Below, one piece after another: positions 49,067 to 59,400 of a stretch of 64,000 nt of DNA (within the stretch, counting starts at the first letter, position 1; the number at the start of each line of letters is the position of its first letter). The notes below the pieces were generated by a model, which was given only the letters and a program-made list of their open reading frames with translations, was not told where the DNA came from and searched no databases. The stretch is taken from NCBI GenBank assembly GCA_036918135.1, contig JBALDB010000007.1, positions 192,001 to 256,000 on the forward strand, given 5' to 3'. The stretch is from Nostoc sp. Its GTDB lineage: Bacteria; Cyanobacteriota; Cyanobacteriia; Cyanobacteriales; Nostocaceae. Both the position numbers and the translations under genes were made by a program.

Positions 49067-50083
49067 ATGGCAGGAGCGATCGCTCTTGGTGGTGTTTTCC
49101 TTTTTGGTACTTTGTGGTATCGAATTATAGAGGGCTGGTCATGGGAAGATGCAGCTTACATGACCGTCATCACCTTAGCTACTGTGGGGTATGGAGAAAC
49201 ACACCCGCTCGGTAACCGAGGACGGTTGTTTACAATTGCCCTGATTTTGTTGGGTGTAGTCAATATCGGTTACATTGTCAACAGATTTACAGAAGCGATC
49301 ATTCAAGGCTATTTTCAACAAGGAATTCGACTACAACAGCAGAGGCGATTAATGGAATCCCTGTCAGAACACTACATTATCTGTGGCTTTAGTCGGACTG
49401 GTCGTCAAATTGCCAAGGAATTTCGGGCAGAAGGTGTAGCTTTTGTAGTGATTGATTCGGAGGTAGAATCTGTGCAAAGGGCACAAGTAGAAGGTTACAC
49501 AGTATACCAAGGTGATGCAACGCTAGATGATACGCTTTTGAAAGTTGGTATTGAAAGGGCGATTTGCTTGGTTGCAGCGTTGCCTTCTGATGCAGAAAAT
49601 TTATACACAGTTTTGTCAGCGAAAACACTGAATCCAGAAATTCGGGCGATCGCTCGCGCAAGTACAGAAGAAGCTTTGTTGAAATTACAACGTGGTGGTG
49701 CAGATGAAGTGATATCCCCCTATATTACTGGAGGGAAGCGGATGGCTGCTGCGGCTCTCAGACCGCAAGTTTTGGACTTTGTAGACGGGATTTTGGCAGG
49801 CTCAGACCGCCAGTTATATATGGAAGAATTTTTACTCGAACCAGCTTCTTGTCCTTTTGTCGGTCAAACTTTGCAAAAAGCGAGATTGCGATCGCAAACT
49901 GGGGCATTAGTTCTGGCAATTCGCCGCCTTGATGGTACTTTAATCGGTGGTCCCACCGGCGATACGATGTTAATGTCTCAAGACCGCCTAATCTGTATGG
50001 GTACAGCTGAGCAGTTGCGTGACCTCAACAAAATTCTCGGCCCAATTAATTCCAAGCAATTGCGGCGACCGAAAAATAGCTGA
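49067..50083 (+). CDS. potassium channel protein (2-TM pore + RCK/TrkA-N,C)
   Basis: TVGYGE filter, ICGFSRTG, TrkA-C domain; frame stays open 23 codons upstream (..STLEQKYQRIQKEL), so the start may be earlier. Confidence 0.93.
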   Translation: MAGAIALGGVFLFGTLWYRIIEGWSWEDAAYMTVITLATVGYGETHPLGNRGRLFTIALILLGVVNIGYIVNRFTEAIIQGYFQQGIRLQQQRRLMESLSEHYIICGFSRTGRQIAKEFRAEGVAFVVIDSEVESVQRAQVEGYTVYQGDATLDDTLLKVGIERAICLVAALPSDAENLYTVLSAKTLNPEIRAIARASTEEALLKLQRGGADEVISPYITGGKRMAAAALRPQVLDFVDGILAGSDRQLYMEEFLLEPASCPFVGQTLQKARLRSQTGALVLAIRRLDGTLIGGPTGDTMLMSQDRLICMGTAEQLRDLNKILGPINSKQLRRPKNS

Positions 50084-50190
50084 TTATATGTTTATTTTTG
50101 CTTTTTTATACCAATTTTATATAAAGATAATATAGTGGGATTGCATAAGTTAATGGTATCAAATCGTATTTTAGCTTAAGATTTTAGATA

Positions 50191-51213
50191 TTAAATATCC
50201 CGTAACCACTGCAAAATACTAACTTTACTTTCTACCAAGCCCTTATATGCTAGAGCTTCTAGCGTCATAGACTCAATTGCAGTACAAAGTTTAGAATTTA
50301 ATATTGAATCTTTTTTAACTTCAGCACAATCTCTAAAGTAAGTACGAATAGTAAATAGCGCTGCTTCATACTCTGGTATACCCCAAATTACCTGTCGTTC
50401 AATTCGCAGATAAAGCCTGGGGTCTTGCAAATCAAAGTTTCTACCTTGCCATTGGCTAACTGACACGCCAGGTGGTGGTTCGGGATGATGGTTGAGGCGG
50501 GTATCGGTACTCAAACCCCAAGCAAAGCGTACCATCGGCTTGTGGGTAATCATTGTATTAGCGATCGCATTCCCTCGCAGATTTATTTTTTCCATACCCG
50601 CTACTGGTGCATGTATTTTGGCAAAATCATGACCAATTTTCTCTTCGACTGACCAGTGGTTGGGATAGCACAGATGAACTGCACTCAACCAATTGCTACC
50701 ATCATCATAACGGCAGATAATTGCTAGGTCTTCCTGCACCTGTGCTGCTAAACCATCAAGAGTAGAAGCATAAACTGGAACAACTCGGCTACCTTCAACT
50801 TGTTGTAATTGCAACTGTGCATCTAAATAAAGTGTTTCTTTGGTAAGTTGACTGTAAAATTTTAGGGTGTTATCTATTGACTTTTGGCACTCAAAATATT
50901 GTGGGTGTTCTTGGGTGAGGCGATTAATTATTAAACCAGCGATTGCACTTGCCACAGCCTTAGAATAATTACAAGTTTGGTAGTACTTGCTCAACCGTTC
51001 CCCACGGGCTAAAAGCTTAGCTTGACGGTAGTGGGTGAAATTATCATCAATTTGAAATACCTGTCCATCAACCTGAGTGTTACCCAAACAGCAGCCAAAA
51101 GGCATCATCCCAGGCTTAACCTCGTAACGTCCACTCATCAGGGGAAAGTAGCAAGCCGCATTTTCAGAAGCTTCCACTGTCCTAACTTCTTGGAAAAAGT
51201 TGTTTTCAGACAC
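50191..51213 (-). CDS. heme-dependent oxidative N-demethylase alpha-subunit-like protein (DUF3445)
   Basis: VQEDL, LCYPNHWS..KIG..IHAPV, RFAWG, LRIERQ, LFTIRTY. Confidence 0.85.
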   Translation of the reverse strand: MSENNFFQEVRTVEASENAACYFPLMSGRYEVKPGMMPFGCCLGNTQVDGQVFQIDDNFTHYRQAKLLARGERLSKYYQTCNYSKAVASAIAGLIINRLTQEHPQYFECQKSIDNTLKFYSQLTKETLYLDAQLQLQQVEGSRVVPVYASTLDGLAAQVQEDLAIICRYDDGSNWLSAVHLCYPNHWSVEEKIGHDFAKIHAPVAGMEKINLRGNAIANTMITHKPMVRFAWGLSTDTRLNHHPEPPPGVSVSQWQGRNFDLQDPRLYLRIERQVIWGIPEYEAALFTIRTYFRDCAEVKKDSILNSKLCTAIESMTLEALAYKGLVESKVSILQWLRDI

Positions 51214-51334
51214 AGATTCTATGATACTTGTTTTTTATTCTTTTCATTTCCAATACATCTGAAAGGATGAGGGAGATGGGGAGATAGAGAGACGCAAGCA
51301 CACGGGAACACGGGGAATGACCAATGACTAATAA

Positions 51335-51892
51335 CTAATAATCAATTTCTTTCCACCCATGTATCATAGCTATATTTTTAATAACCCATTCAATTACAAT
51401 TGGAGGAGCTTCTGATATCAAAATGCTAGGATAAACTGCTGCGCCCCATTCGGGATGAATCAACACATGGCATTGATTTTTAATCACTGGATAATTAAGT
51501 AAAGCTTGAACAACTGCTGCGTCGTCGTGAGGAATTGCTCCGGGATGGGATAACAAAGGATAGCCTGTACGAGGGTCGATTAAGTCTGTTAAATAACCGC
51601 GATCGCGCAGATTAAATGCTAAATCGCAGCCAAAAATCATAAACTTTTCTCGCAAACGTTGTTTCTCTATCTCTACTTCTGCCGTTTTTTCGACTAATTG
51701 ATAACGCGATTGCTGTAAGACAATCACTACTCGTAAAAATGGCTGCCGTTTCCAATCTGGTAATATCCGTTCGCAGTTGGCACAGATATATTGACTGGGG
51801 GGATGAATTGTAATTTGAACCGCTTGTCCCGTTTCGCCAACTAAATAAATGGGATAGCCTTGCTCCGAAGTGTAAACTTTGGGATAGTTCAC
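51335..51892 (-). CDS. MMADHC/CblD-like cobalamin-trafficking family protein
   Basis: EKQRLREKF, DLIDPRTGYP, CHVLIHPEWG..YPS. Confidence 0.8.
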   Translation of the reverse strand: MNYPKVYTSEQGYPIYLVGETGQAVQITIHPPSQYICANCERILPDWKRQPFLRVVIVLQQSRYQLVEKTAEVEIEKQRLREKFMIFGCDLAFNLRDRGYLTDLIDPRTGYPLLSHPGAIPHDDAAVVQALLNYPVIKNQCHVLIHPEWGAAVYPSILISEAPPIVIEWVIKNIAMIHGWKEIDY

Positions 51893-52225
51893 TAAATTGA
51901 TTCGGTTTTTGCAAGTTTTTTAATTTAATCTCCGGTATAGATGATAACTCTTAATAGTTCAGAAAAATCATCACAGTTATATAATAGATTCGTTTCGCTG
52001 GGAGTAGTTGAGAATAATTTGATATTTTTAATCTGATTTTTCTACTTTCTTAACCTGTTTTAATCGGATTTGCTGGGTTGATTTTTAGTATGATTTAGGT
52101 TGTGGAAAAATAAATCAACGAAGGATTGCAATTTCATACCAGTATGTGCGCCTAATGCCATAAAGAAGTCGAAAACAGAGCGATCGCTTCTAGTACAGGT
52201 GATGTCTAAATCAGATTGTCATCAA

Positions 52226-52432
52226 TTAATTAAGTTTTAAAGAATTGACTGGCACCTCATCCCAAGAATCAACTATGCGTAATTGCGCTACCCAACCTGC
52301 TGCTTTTTGCGCCTGTGTCAAATTATTCTCAAAGGAATGATGACAATCTTTGGCTTGAGATTCGTCACAACAAGCAATACAAGCATGAATCATCCCAGAC
52401 GGATCGATTTGCTCATTTACCCAAATAGTCAT
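52226..52432 (-). CDS. conserved small cyanobacterial protein (68 aa)
   Basis: MTIWVNEQIDPSG..ACIACCDE..SWDEVPVNSLKL; GAGGG RBS. Confidence 0.75.
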   Translation of the reverse strand: MTIWVNEQIDPSGMIHACIACCDESQAKDCHHSFENNLTQAQKAAGWVAQLRIVDSWDEVPVNSLKLN

Positions 52433-52499
52433 TAAATATTCCCTCAAAAACTTTATTTTAAAATAATAAATCTTCTGCAAGTTTTAATCTACATATGTA

Positions 52500-55400
52500 T
52501 TAAATGTAAAAGGCTTGGCTGTCATCATTCCTAATTGTGGCAATCCCTCGACTATCAGCGATCGCCGCATTCGCCGTACTATAGAGGTTAACAAAAAATG
52601 TCTCGTTGGCTTCTACTTTGTTATCACCTCTGACACCAAAGCTAATAGTTTTCAGGGTTTCGCCAGGATTGAAAACAATTGTTCCCAATCCAGAATTGTA
52701 ATCAGAATCAGAAAGGGCAGTACCATCACTACTGTTGTAATAGACAATAACCTGCTGATAGCTGGGATTGGAGAGAGTTATGGCAAAGTTAGCATTAGTT
52801 ATCATGCCTGTGTTGCCTTCGGTGACTGATACATCTGAAATACTGATACTGGGTATTTGATTAATGTCATCATTGAGGATGGTGGCAATTCCCAGGTTAT
52901 CAGCAATTGTGCCATTTGCAGCACCATAGAGAGTAGTAGCAAACGTCTCGTTAGCTTCAAATTTCCGATCGCCTTTGACTGCAACGCTGATAGTTTTAAG
53001 AGTTTGATCAGGATTGAAAACGATCGTTCCTAGTGCAGAATCGTAATCCAAATCAGAAATTTCGGCTGTGCGATCGCTCGTATTATAATTCACACTCACC
53101 GTTTGATAGCTGGCATTGGAAAGAGTGACGAGGAAATTGGCATTACTTGTTGTACTGATATCACCTTCAATGGTAGAGGCATCAGAAATTGTGATAGTGG
53201 GTTGCTTGTCATCATTGATAATCTCTAGTGCCGCTGAACTATTAGTAATTACAGAACTTTCTGGCGCATCTGTAAGATTAGGGTTACTCAGGGTAACAGT
53301 AATATCATCATTTAGTTCAAATTTTTTGTCGCCTAAAATATCAACTGTAATTGTCTTTGTCTTTTCCCCTACTGCAAATTCTAAAGTCCCAGATAAGTCA
53401 CGATCTATAAATTCACTAATTGGACTAACTTCTCCACTCCTAATAAGAATGTTGTTATAGTCACTGTCAAAAATTGCCGTACCGCTAAAAGCATAATTTA
53501 CAGTACTTGCCACACCAATACCACCGCTTCGGGTGACGGTGAAGGTAGCAACTTTAGTACCACTGTCACCTTCTGTGATGCTTGGAATAGTAGAAATTGC
53601 ATATTGAATTGGATCGTTAGCAGCAATATTTAGAGTAGTTTGAGTTATTGTTCCCGCCTCAGCCCCAGTCAATGTGCCGAAGTTGACTATTACCGTTTCA
53701 GTATTCTCTGGTAAATCATCTGGTTGAATGGTGAAAGTAAGCAGTTGGGTTAAATTTGAACCAGTTGCCCCAGCCGCAAAAGTAAGGGTAGTGGGGGAAA
53801 TAGTATAATCGAGGTTTTGAGTAGCTGTGCTGCTACTGTTGATGACTATGGGAATAGTGGCATCAAATCTGGGAATCCGATTTAAAGTGACGGGGATAGT
53901 TACTGTAATAGCGGTGCTACCTTCTGTGACGTTGTAGGTAGCAGCACCAAAGTTGACTTTCGGAACTACATATTCAAATGCTCCGATGTCAATTCTACCG
54001 TACTCAATCCGATTAAAACCTGTGCCACTTTGGTCAGTAGTTAAGCTACCACTGTAATTGGGATCGCCGGCATTTAAAGCTGGACTGTTAGATTCTAAGG
54101 CATGAGTCTGGGTGGAACCACCGTAATTTCCTAGCGGTTTTAGTCCAGGGTTAGAGTTAACAATATCTGTACCTGTTCCCAGCGTACTAAATAATACGTT
54201 AAGTCCAGTCAAGTTGCCAATTAAATTGTAACCATTACTGTCGAAGTTCAGACCAAATACATCATTGCCTAAATTCAGTAGTCTAGCGCTGTTAGCTGCA
54301 ACGATGGTATTGCTGAGGGTGGCATTAGTACCGAAGATACCGCCGCCGGTATCTGCGGTGTTATTAGCAATAGTGCTATTGTTGACAGTGAGATTGGTAC
54401 TGGAGATACCACCACCAGCTGCGATCGCTGTATTTCCAGAAACGGTACTATTGATGAAAGTGGCATCAGTACTAAAAATACCACCGCCGTTAGCCAGCGC
54501 TGTGTTCCCAGAAATTGTACTATTCCTGACGGTGAGATTGAGACTGAGGATACCACCGCCGTTGGCTAGAGCTTTGTTTCCAGAAATTGTACTGTTGCTA
54601 ACATTCACACTGCTAGTGCTGAAGATACCGCCGCCGCCTACAGCAGCATTTCCGCCAGTTATTTTTAACCCATCAATTGATAGGGGTGCAGTAGCCGTAA
54701 AAACGCGTGAAGTATTATTGCCGCTGATGGTAAGTTTATTAGCTCCAGTTCCTTGAATGATAACTTCCTCAGTCACATTTAATTCCCCAGAGGTGAGGGT
54801 AATGATGTCAGGAGTAGCATCACCGAAGACTCCAGTCGTATCAAAGACAATTGTCTCAATTCCTGGATCGTTATTGGCATCGATAATAGCTTGTCTTAAT
54901 GAGCCAGCACCGCTATCATTTGTGTTGGTTACTACGTAGGTGGTCTTGTCTACTTGGACAAAAACATCATCAATTGCTAAGCCATGATCGTTGCCTGAAT
55001 CATCAACATCTTGCCAACGTAATATAATCTCTTCACCAACAGCTATTGGGGTAGCTAGATTAATTAGGATAGATGTTTTGACACTTTGATTTATAGCTAA
55101 ATTTCCATTCAGAGCAGTTGGCAGCGCAAGTGCAATTGGCCCAGTAAAATCTAGTGATGTGACAGGCGTCCATGTTCCTGCGGTCAAACTTGTAAGAGTT
55201 GACCCGGTTTGATAACTAAAATTCAGTTTTTGTTGAGATGTATTACCACCATTACGCCATTGCTCACCGGTGTAACTTACTCTCAACTGACTAATTGCTG
55301 AATCTGTATTGTTTTTGAGGCGCAATCCATAATAAATAGTTCCTGTAGTCCCAGAAGCTACGGAACCAAGTGCGCGCTCTGTTGATGTTGAACCAAAACT

Positions 55401-56132
55401 ATACAATGCACCTGTATTAGAACTACCGTCTCCAGCGTTATAAGTTGTTCTTGTCGCATACCAGCCCGAAATAGTTGAATCATTAGTCCAAGAAATAGAT
55501 GTTCCGGAATTAGCTAAGGAGTTGAAGTTTTGAGAGTAGGAAGTACCAGTAAAACTAGCTGGGAAAATAGATTTGTAAGCCTGCATTACCTCAGATGTAA
55601 ATGCTAGGGAAGCTTCTATTTCTCCTGTCTTTACCTCTAAATCCCAATCACCATCTAAATCTGCACTTCCTGTTAAATCGCTGGAAGCAGCAACATCTGC
55701 CTCTGTAATTTGGCTCAGAAGTTGCACAAATTTTGTGCCTTCACCGCTAGCTATATCACAGCCATAAAGCAGGATGTCTGCATCATCAGTTAAAGCATTT
55801 GTCCACTTTTTTAACTGATTTGCATAGCTATTCAGGTTGGTGAGGTTGAGGTAAGTTGACCCCAGTTGCAAACTTCCTGCACCACCGTGAGAAACAATGT
55901 GAACTGATTGAACTGAGTTGGATTTACGCCCTGCTAGAAACTCGGTAATTTGCGTTAAACCATCTTCATTGGGGTCAAGGATAACAACTTGATTGCCAAG
56001 TGCAATCCCAGCTACCAGGCTTTGGTAATCGGCAACTGCTGTATCTATAAAAACAATATTTGTACTTGCCTCTTGTAAGTTTACAGCAAAATTATTTTGG
56101 GATTGAGCGCGATTATCTAATTTTTTTATCAT
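52500..56132 (-). CDS. large surface protein: DUF4347 + beta-helix/choice-of-anchor-Q + Calx-beta repeats
   Basis: IVFID..HIVSHG..LLYGC..GDWDLE; DSGAGSLRQAI, NSTISGN.A..GGGI repeats, GRIDIGAFE; four EG..F.VTLS..TI.NDD units. Confidence 0.9.
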   Translation of the reverse strand: MIKKLDNRAQSQNNFAVNLQEASTNIVFIDTAVADYQSLVAGIALGNQVVILDPNEDGLTQITEFLAGRKSNSVQSVHIVSHGGAGSLQLGSTYLNLTNLNSYANQLKKWTNALTDDADILLYGCDIASGEGTKFVQLLSQITEADVAASSDLTGSADLDGDWDLEVKTGEIEASLAFTSEVMQAYKSIFPASFTGTSYSQNFNSLANSGTSISWTNDSTISGWYATRTTYNAGDGSSNTGALYSFGSTSTERALGSVASGTTGTIYYGLRLKNNTDSAISQLRVSYTGEQWRNGGNTSQQKLNFSYQTGSTLTSLTAGTWTPVTSLDFTGPIALALPTALNGNLAINQSVKTSILINLATPIAVGEEIILRWQDVDDSGNDHGLAIDDVFVQVDKTTYVVTNTNDSGAGSLRQAIIDANNDPGIETIVFDTTGVFGDATPDIITLTSGELNVTEEVIIQGTGANKLTISGNNTSRVFTATAPLSIDGLKITGGNAAVGGGGIFSTSSVNVSNSTISGNKALANGGGILSLNLTVRNSTISGNTALANGGGIFSTDATFINSTVSGNTAIAAGGGISSTNLTVNNSTIANNTADTGGGIFGTNATLSNTIVAANSARLLNLGNDVFGLNFDSNGYNLIGNLTGLNVLFSTLGTGTDIVNSNPGLKPLGNYGGSTQTHALESNSPALNAGDPNYSGSLTTDQSGTGFNRIEYGRIDIGAFEYVVPKVNFGAATYNVTEGSTAITVTIPVTLNRIPRFDATIPIVINSSSTATQNLDYTISPTTLTFAAGATGSNLTQLLTFTIQPDDLPENTETVIVNFGTLTGAEAGTITQTTLNIAANDPIQYAISTIPSITEGDSGTKVATFTVTRSGGIGVASTVNYAFSGTAIFDSDYNNILIRSGEVSPISEFIDRDLSGTLEFAVGEKTKTITVDILGDKKFELNDDITVTLSNPNLTDAPESSVITNSSAALEIINDDKQPTITISDASTIEGDISTTSNANFLVTLSNASYQTVSVNYNTSDRTAEISDLDYDSALGTIVFNPDQTLKTISVAVKGDRKFEANETFATTLYGAANGTIADNLGIATILNDDINQIPSISISDVSVTEGNTGMITNANFAITLSNPSYQQVIVYYNSSDGTALSDSDYNSGLGTIVFNPGETLKTISFGVRGDNKVEANETFFVNLYSTANAAIADSRGIATIRNDDSQAFYI

Positions 56133-56174
56133 AATTTTGGTTATCTTTTTTTAACTCTTAATTAAAAAATAGTT

Positions 56175-56277
56175 ATACCAATTTAATTAATGATTGCAAC
56201 ATATCGTTGGATGGAGACGCGATGAATCACGTCTCTACAAATGGTCTGTTTGTCACATTCTTTTTTCCAATTGGTAT
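56175..56277. mobile_element. MITE with ATACCAATT ends and an internal REP-like hairpin
   Basis: ATACCAATT...AATTGGTAT; GAGACGCGATGAATCACGTCTC inside. Confidence 0.65.
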
Positions 56278-56566
56278 TATTGCTTTAAAAACTGGAAATT
56301 AGAGCATTATGCGTTCCCAAGTAAAGAGTAAGTAAATGTTGAGCCATTCACTTATATCTCAAATTTAATTGACAATAAAATCTATTCTTAATTAGGATAA
56401 AACCGCAAGATTTTTAATCCTTTTATAACTAAATATGCCTCATAAAAACTCAGCTATGTTTTAGCGATCGCTGTTAAGTCTAATAGCAAGTTATACTCAT
56501 TTAAGCGCAAAAGCAACTGTATTTACACTTAAATGCGCTTCAGCATATAGCCCGATGTGAATGAAT

Positions 56567-57241
56567 TTAATTAATCAACAATTCTGGTGCGACTAATCCT
56601 TTTTGGATGGCTAAGACTGCGGCTTGAGTGCGATCGCGTACTTCTAGTTTCTGCAAAATTGCATGGACATGAACCCGCACTGTACCAGGGGCAATGTAGA
56701 GAATTTCAGCAATTTCTTGATTGCTTTTGCCAGCTGCTACCAGTGCTAAAATTTCTTGTTCGCGCTTTGTTAAGGGATTTTCTACGGGTTCGTCAGTTTT
56801 TGTAGGTAGTACTGCCGGAGAATTACCCTCAAAAGCTGCTCTAATTTCTGTTGTTGCCGTTCGATCCCACCAAGAAGCCCCAGCTGCAACCGATCGCACT
56901 GCTAATATCAGAGAATCGGCGGGAATACCTTTGAGGCAGTAACCTTGTGCGCCAGCAGCAATTAACCGTGAAATCAGGGGTTTTTCGGAACGAGATGTTA
57001 AAACGAGAATTGGTAAAGTCGGATGCTTTTGCTTGATTTGCCGACAAGCCTCAATCCCACCAATTCCTGGCAAACCGATATCCAGCAAAACCAAATCCAG
57101 AGGATAGTGATTAGCTAATTCTACAGCTTGTTCTCCATCTTCTGCCTCTGCAACAATCTCCAAACTAGTTTCTTGTTGCAACCGCATCCGCAGCCCAAGC
57201 CGAAATAATTCATCATCTTCAACGAGTAAGATTTTAGTCAT
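56567..57241 (-). CDS. NarL/LuxR-family response regulator
   Basis: LLVEDD, LLDIGLP receiver domain; LTKREQEIL..SNQEIAEIL..TVRVHV HTH. Confidence 0.95.
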   Translation of the reverse strand: MTKILLVEDDELFRLGLRMRLQQETSLEIVAEAEDGEQAVELANHYPLDLVLLDIGLPGIGGIEACRQIKQKHPTLPILVLTSRSEKPLISRLIAAGAQGYCLKGIPADSLILAVRSVAAGASWWDRTATTEIRAAFEGNSPAVLPTKTDEPVENPLTKREQEILALVAAGKSNQEIAEILYIAPGTVRVHVHAILQKLEVRDRTQAAVLAIQKGLVAPELLIN

Positions 57242-57284
57242 TTGTCATTGGTCATTGGTCATTGGTCATTGTCTCCCCATCTAC

Positions 57285-57351
57285 CGATTGGTGAGCGTAC
57301 TCTTACGGAGAAGCAAGGCTGGGCGTAGCGTCTCGTAGAGAAGTCGAACCA
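57285..57351. repeat. nested small dispersed repeats
   Basis: CGATTGGTGAGCGT[43 nt]AGTCGAACCA; the insert contains the reverse complement of the TCTCTACGAG.. unit seen at 21091. Confidence 0.7.
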
Positions 57352-57359
57352 CATCCCCC

Positions 57360-58457
57360 TCATCTCCCTGGTGGCGGACAGGCAGGAAGTCGGAAACCAA
57401 ACACTGCACCTCGTGGTGAGCGATTTTCTGCCCAAATTGTACCTCCATGAGCTGTAATTATTTGCCTGGTTAAATAAAGCCCTAGTCCCGATCCTAATAG
57501 ATGGCGATCGCTATGTCCTTGATAAAATCTTTCAAATAAGTGGGGTAACTCTTCTTCGTTAAAGCCGGAACCAGTATCGAGTATTTTTACCACTTGCTCG
57601 TTAGAATAACTTTCAAGTACTACTTCCACTTTACCGCCACGGGGAGTATGGTTAATGCCATTACTTAATAGATTGGTGAAAACTCGCCCCAGTTGCAAGG
57701 AATCACCATTTACCCAAACAAAGCTGCGAAAATCTGATTCGCCATAGTGCAGAGATATATAAACCTGACGTGTTTTTGCTAGTTCTGTTAGGGTGGCTAT
57801 TATCTCTTCTGCTACAGTTACTAAGTTAACAGGTGATATCTGTAGTTTCAGCCCTTCGGCATCATTGCGGTAGACATCTAAAAGAGTTTGAACTAATTGC
57901 AGTGTGCTGCGATGACTACGAGCCATTGTTTGCAATACTTTTGATTGCATTGATGTGACTTGACCAAATTGCTCATTTTGAAAATATTGTAGGGTTTCAA
58001 TTGCTCCTAGTAGGGGTGTTTTCAAATCATGAGTGAGGGTAGAAATAAAATCTTCACGCATTGCAGCTAGTTGTTCTTGGGAGCGTAATTGTGCTTGAGT
58101 GTAAGCGATCGCTTCTTTATTGTGGCGGTTGCGTTCGCTTAAAGTCGCAGTTACCACTAGTGCCACGACTGCAATTAATCTGTTTGCCAACGTTGGAGGA
58201 TTAATTATTTCTCCTCCTGGGACAAACAAATTTAATAATGTTAATCCTGTAGCTGCAAGGGTGACACCGAATACTGCTCTTTGATTTAATCGAGAATCTG
58301 CTAACAAAATCGTCCCTGTGTAGAGATAACCAAATACGTACTCAGGCGGTGTCATGTATTCTAATGCTATGACTACAGCAAAGGCGATCGCTATTAGCAA
58401 ATATGTCTCACTACGCTTATTCAGTGCTTGTTTAATCGTCAATAATTGACTTAACAT
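57360..58457 (-). CDS. membrane sensor histidine kinase
   Basis: N-terminal TM helices; LTHDLKTPL, DTGSG, FERFYQG, GLGLY. Confidence 0.94.
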   Translation of the reverse strand: MLSQLLTIKQALNKRSETYLLIAIAFAVVIALEYMTPPEYVFGYLYTGTILLADSRLNQRAVFGVTLAATGLTLLNLFVPGGEIINPPTLANRLIAVVALVVTATLSERNRHNKEAIAYTQAQLRSQEQLAAMREDFISTLTHDLKTPLLGAIETLQYFQNEQFGQVTSMQSKVLQTMARSHRSTLQLVQTLLDVYRNDAEGLKLQISPVNLVTVAEEIIATLTELAKTRQVYISLHYGESDFRSFVWVNGDSLQLGRVFTNLLSNGINHTPRGGKVEVVLESYSNEQVVKILDTGSGFNEEELPHLFERFYQGHSDRHLLGSGLGLYLTRQIITAHGGTIWAENRSPRGAVFGFRLPACPPPGR

Positions 58458-58877
58458 AATTCTTATTCATCAAAAATTATAATAATAAAAATAAACCAGC
58501 AAATTATATAAACTTTTAATATATTTTTTATCTAGTATTTTCAATTACTTTTTAAATTATTTGCTCGCGTTCAACAGAATAAACTCAGTCTTATTAATTT
58601 AAGAATACGTTTTTTCTCCTATCAGATATTACTTTTATATTTTTTCTGAGTTTGAAACTCAATATTTATAAACTAGAATTTACCACTAATTTAGGATATT
58701 TAATAAATTAAATAGTCATAGTTAGTTTTATTATTTTAAATATTTTAACTTCAGAATTATGAATTATAATTCATCATGAAGGTAGTTATATTTCCACGCT
58801 AAAAAACCTGTAAACATAGCTACCTTCTGCTTTCAAGATAACTGTCTTACTTGTGATAAAGACTTGTTCAAGAAGTT

Positions 58878-58991
58878 ATACCATTTTTCTATGAAGCTGC
58901 ACTTAATACTATAGCTAATTAAGCTTACGCAAAGGCGTAACGCGTAAAGTAGCAATATTTTATTTAGTGCATGGTTACAGAGAATTGGTAT
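58878..58991. mobile_element. MITE with ends resembling the IS630 at 24868
   Basis: ATACCATTTTTCTATGAAGCTGCAC / GTGCATGGTTACAGAGAATTGGTAT. Confidence 0.7.
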
Positions 58992-59278
58992 TAATCTTCA
59001 GACTCTTCAGAGATAGGCTCAGATTCACTTTCAACTTCTGTTTTAACTTTGGTTGGAGGTTTAACAGGTTTTGGCCCACGCATTAGCGCCGGATTAACAG
59101 GTTGTTTGTTTTCATCTGCAAAGGAGCCTTTTTTTCCTTTACCAGACGAGCGATTACGATTTTGCTTTGAGCTTTTGGGATTGGATTCAACAGGAGGTGT
59201 GGAATCCAAATTTTCCAAATTGTTGTCAGTACTTGGTTGAGACTGACGTTCTGATTTTTTGATTGGGCGTTCTACCAT
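58991..59278 (-). CDS. conserved hypothetical low-complexity protein
   Basis: MVERPIKKSERQ..VNPALMRGPKP pattern typical of small cyanobacterial proteins. Confidence 0.75.
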   Translation of the reverse strand: MVERPIKKSERQSQPSTDNNLENLDSTPPVESNPKSSKQNRNRSSGKGKKGSFADENKQPVNPALMRGPKPVKPPTKVKTEVESESEPISEESED

Positions 59279-59400
59279 AGTTTATTTTGAAAAATTTACA
59301 GAAATCAACTACTTGAAAAAGCATTCACAACAAATCAGCAATTAATTTACTAAATGTAGTAATGAGTGCGTTATCAATAGCGTAACGTACTCTATTACCA

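Noticed and set aside
54265..54939. Antisense ORFs over large genes (also 722-1312 and 60596-61063)
   Set aside because: Shadow frames of repetitive coding sequence
58810..58823. NtcA site GTAAACATAGCTAC
   Set aside because: Fits GTA-N8-TAC, but has no well-placed -10 box and such matches are expected by chance
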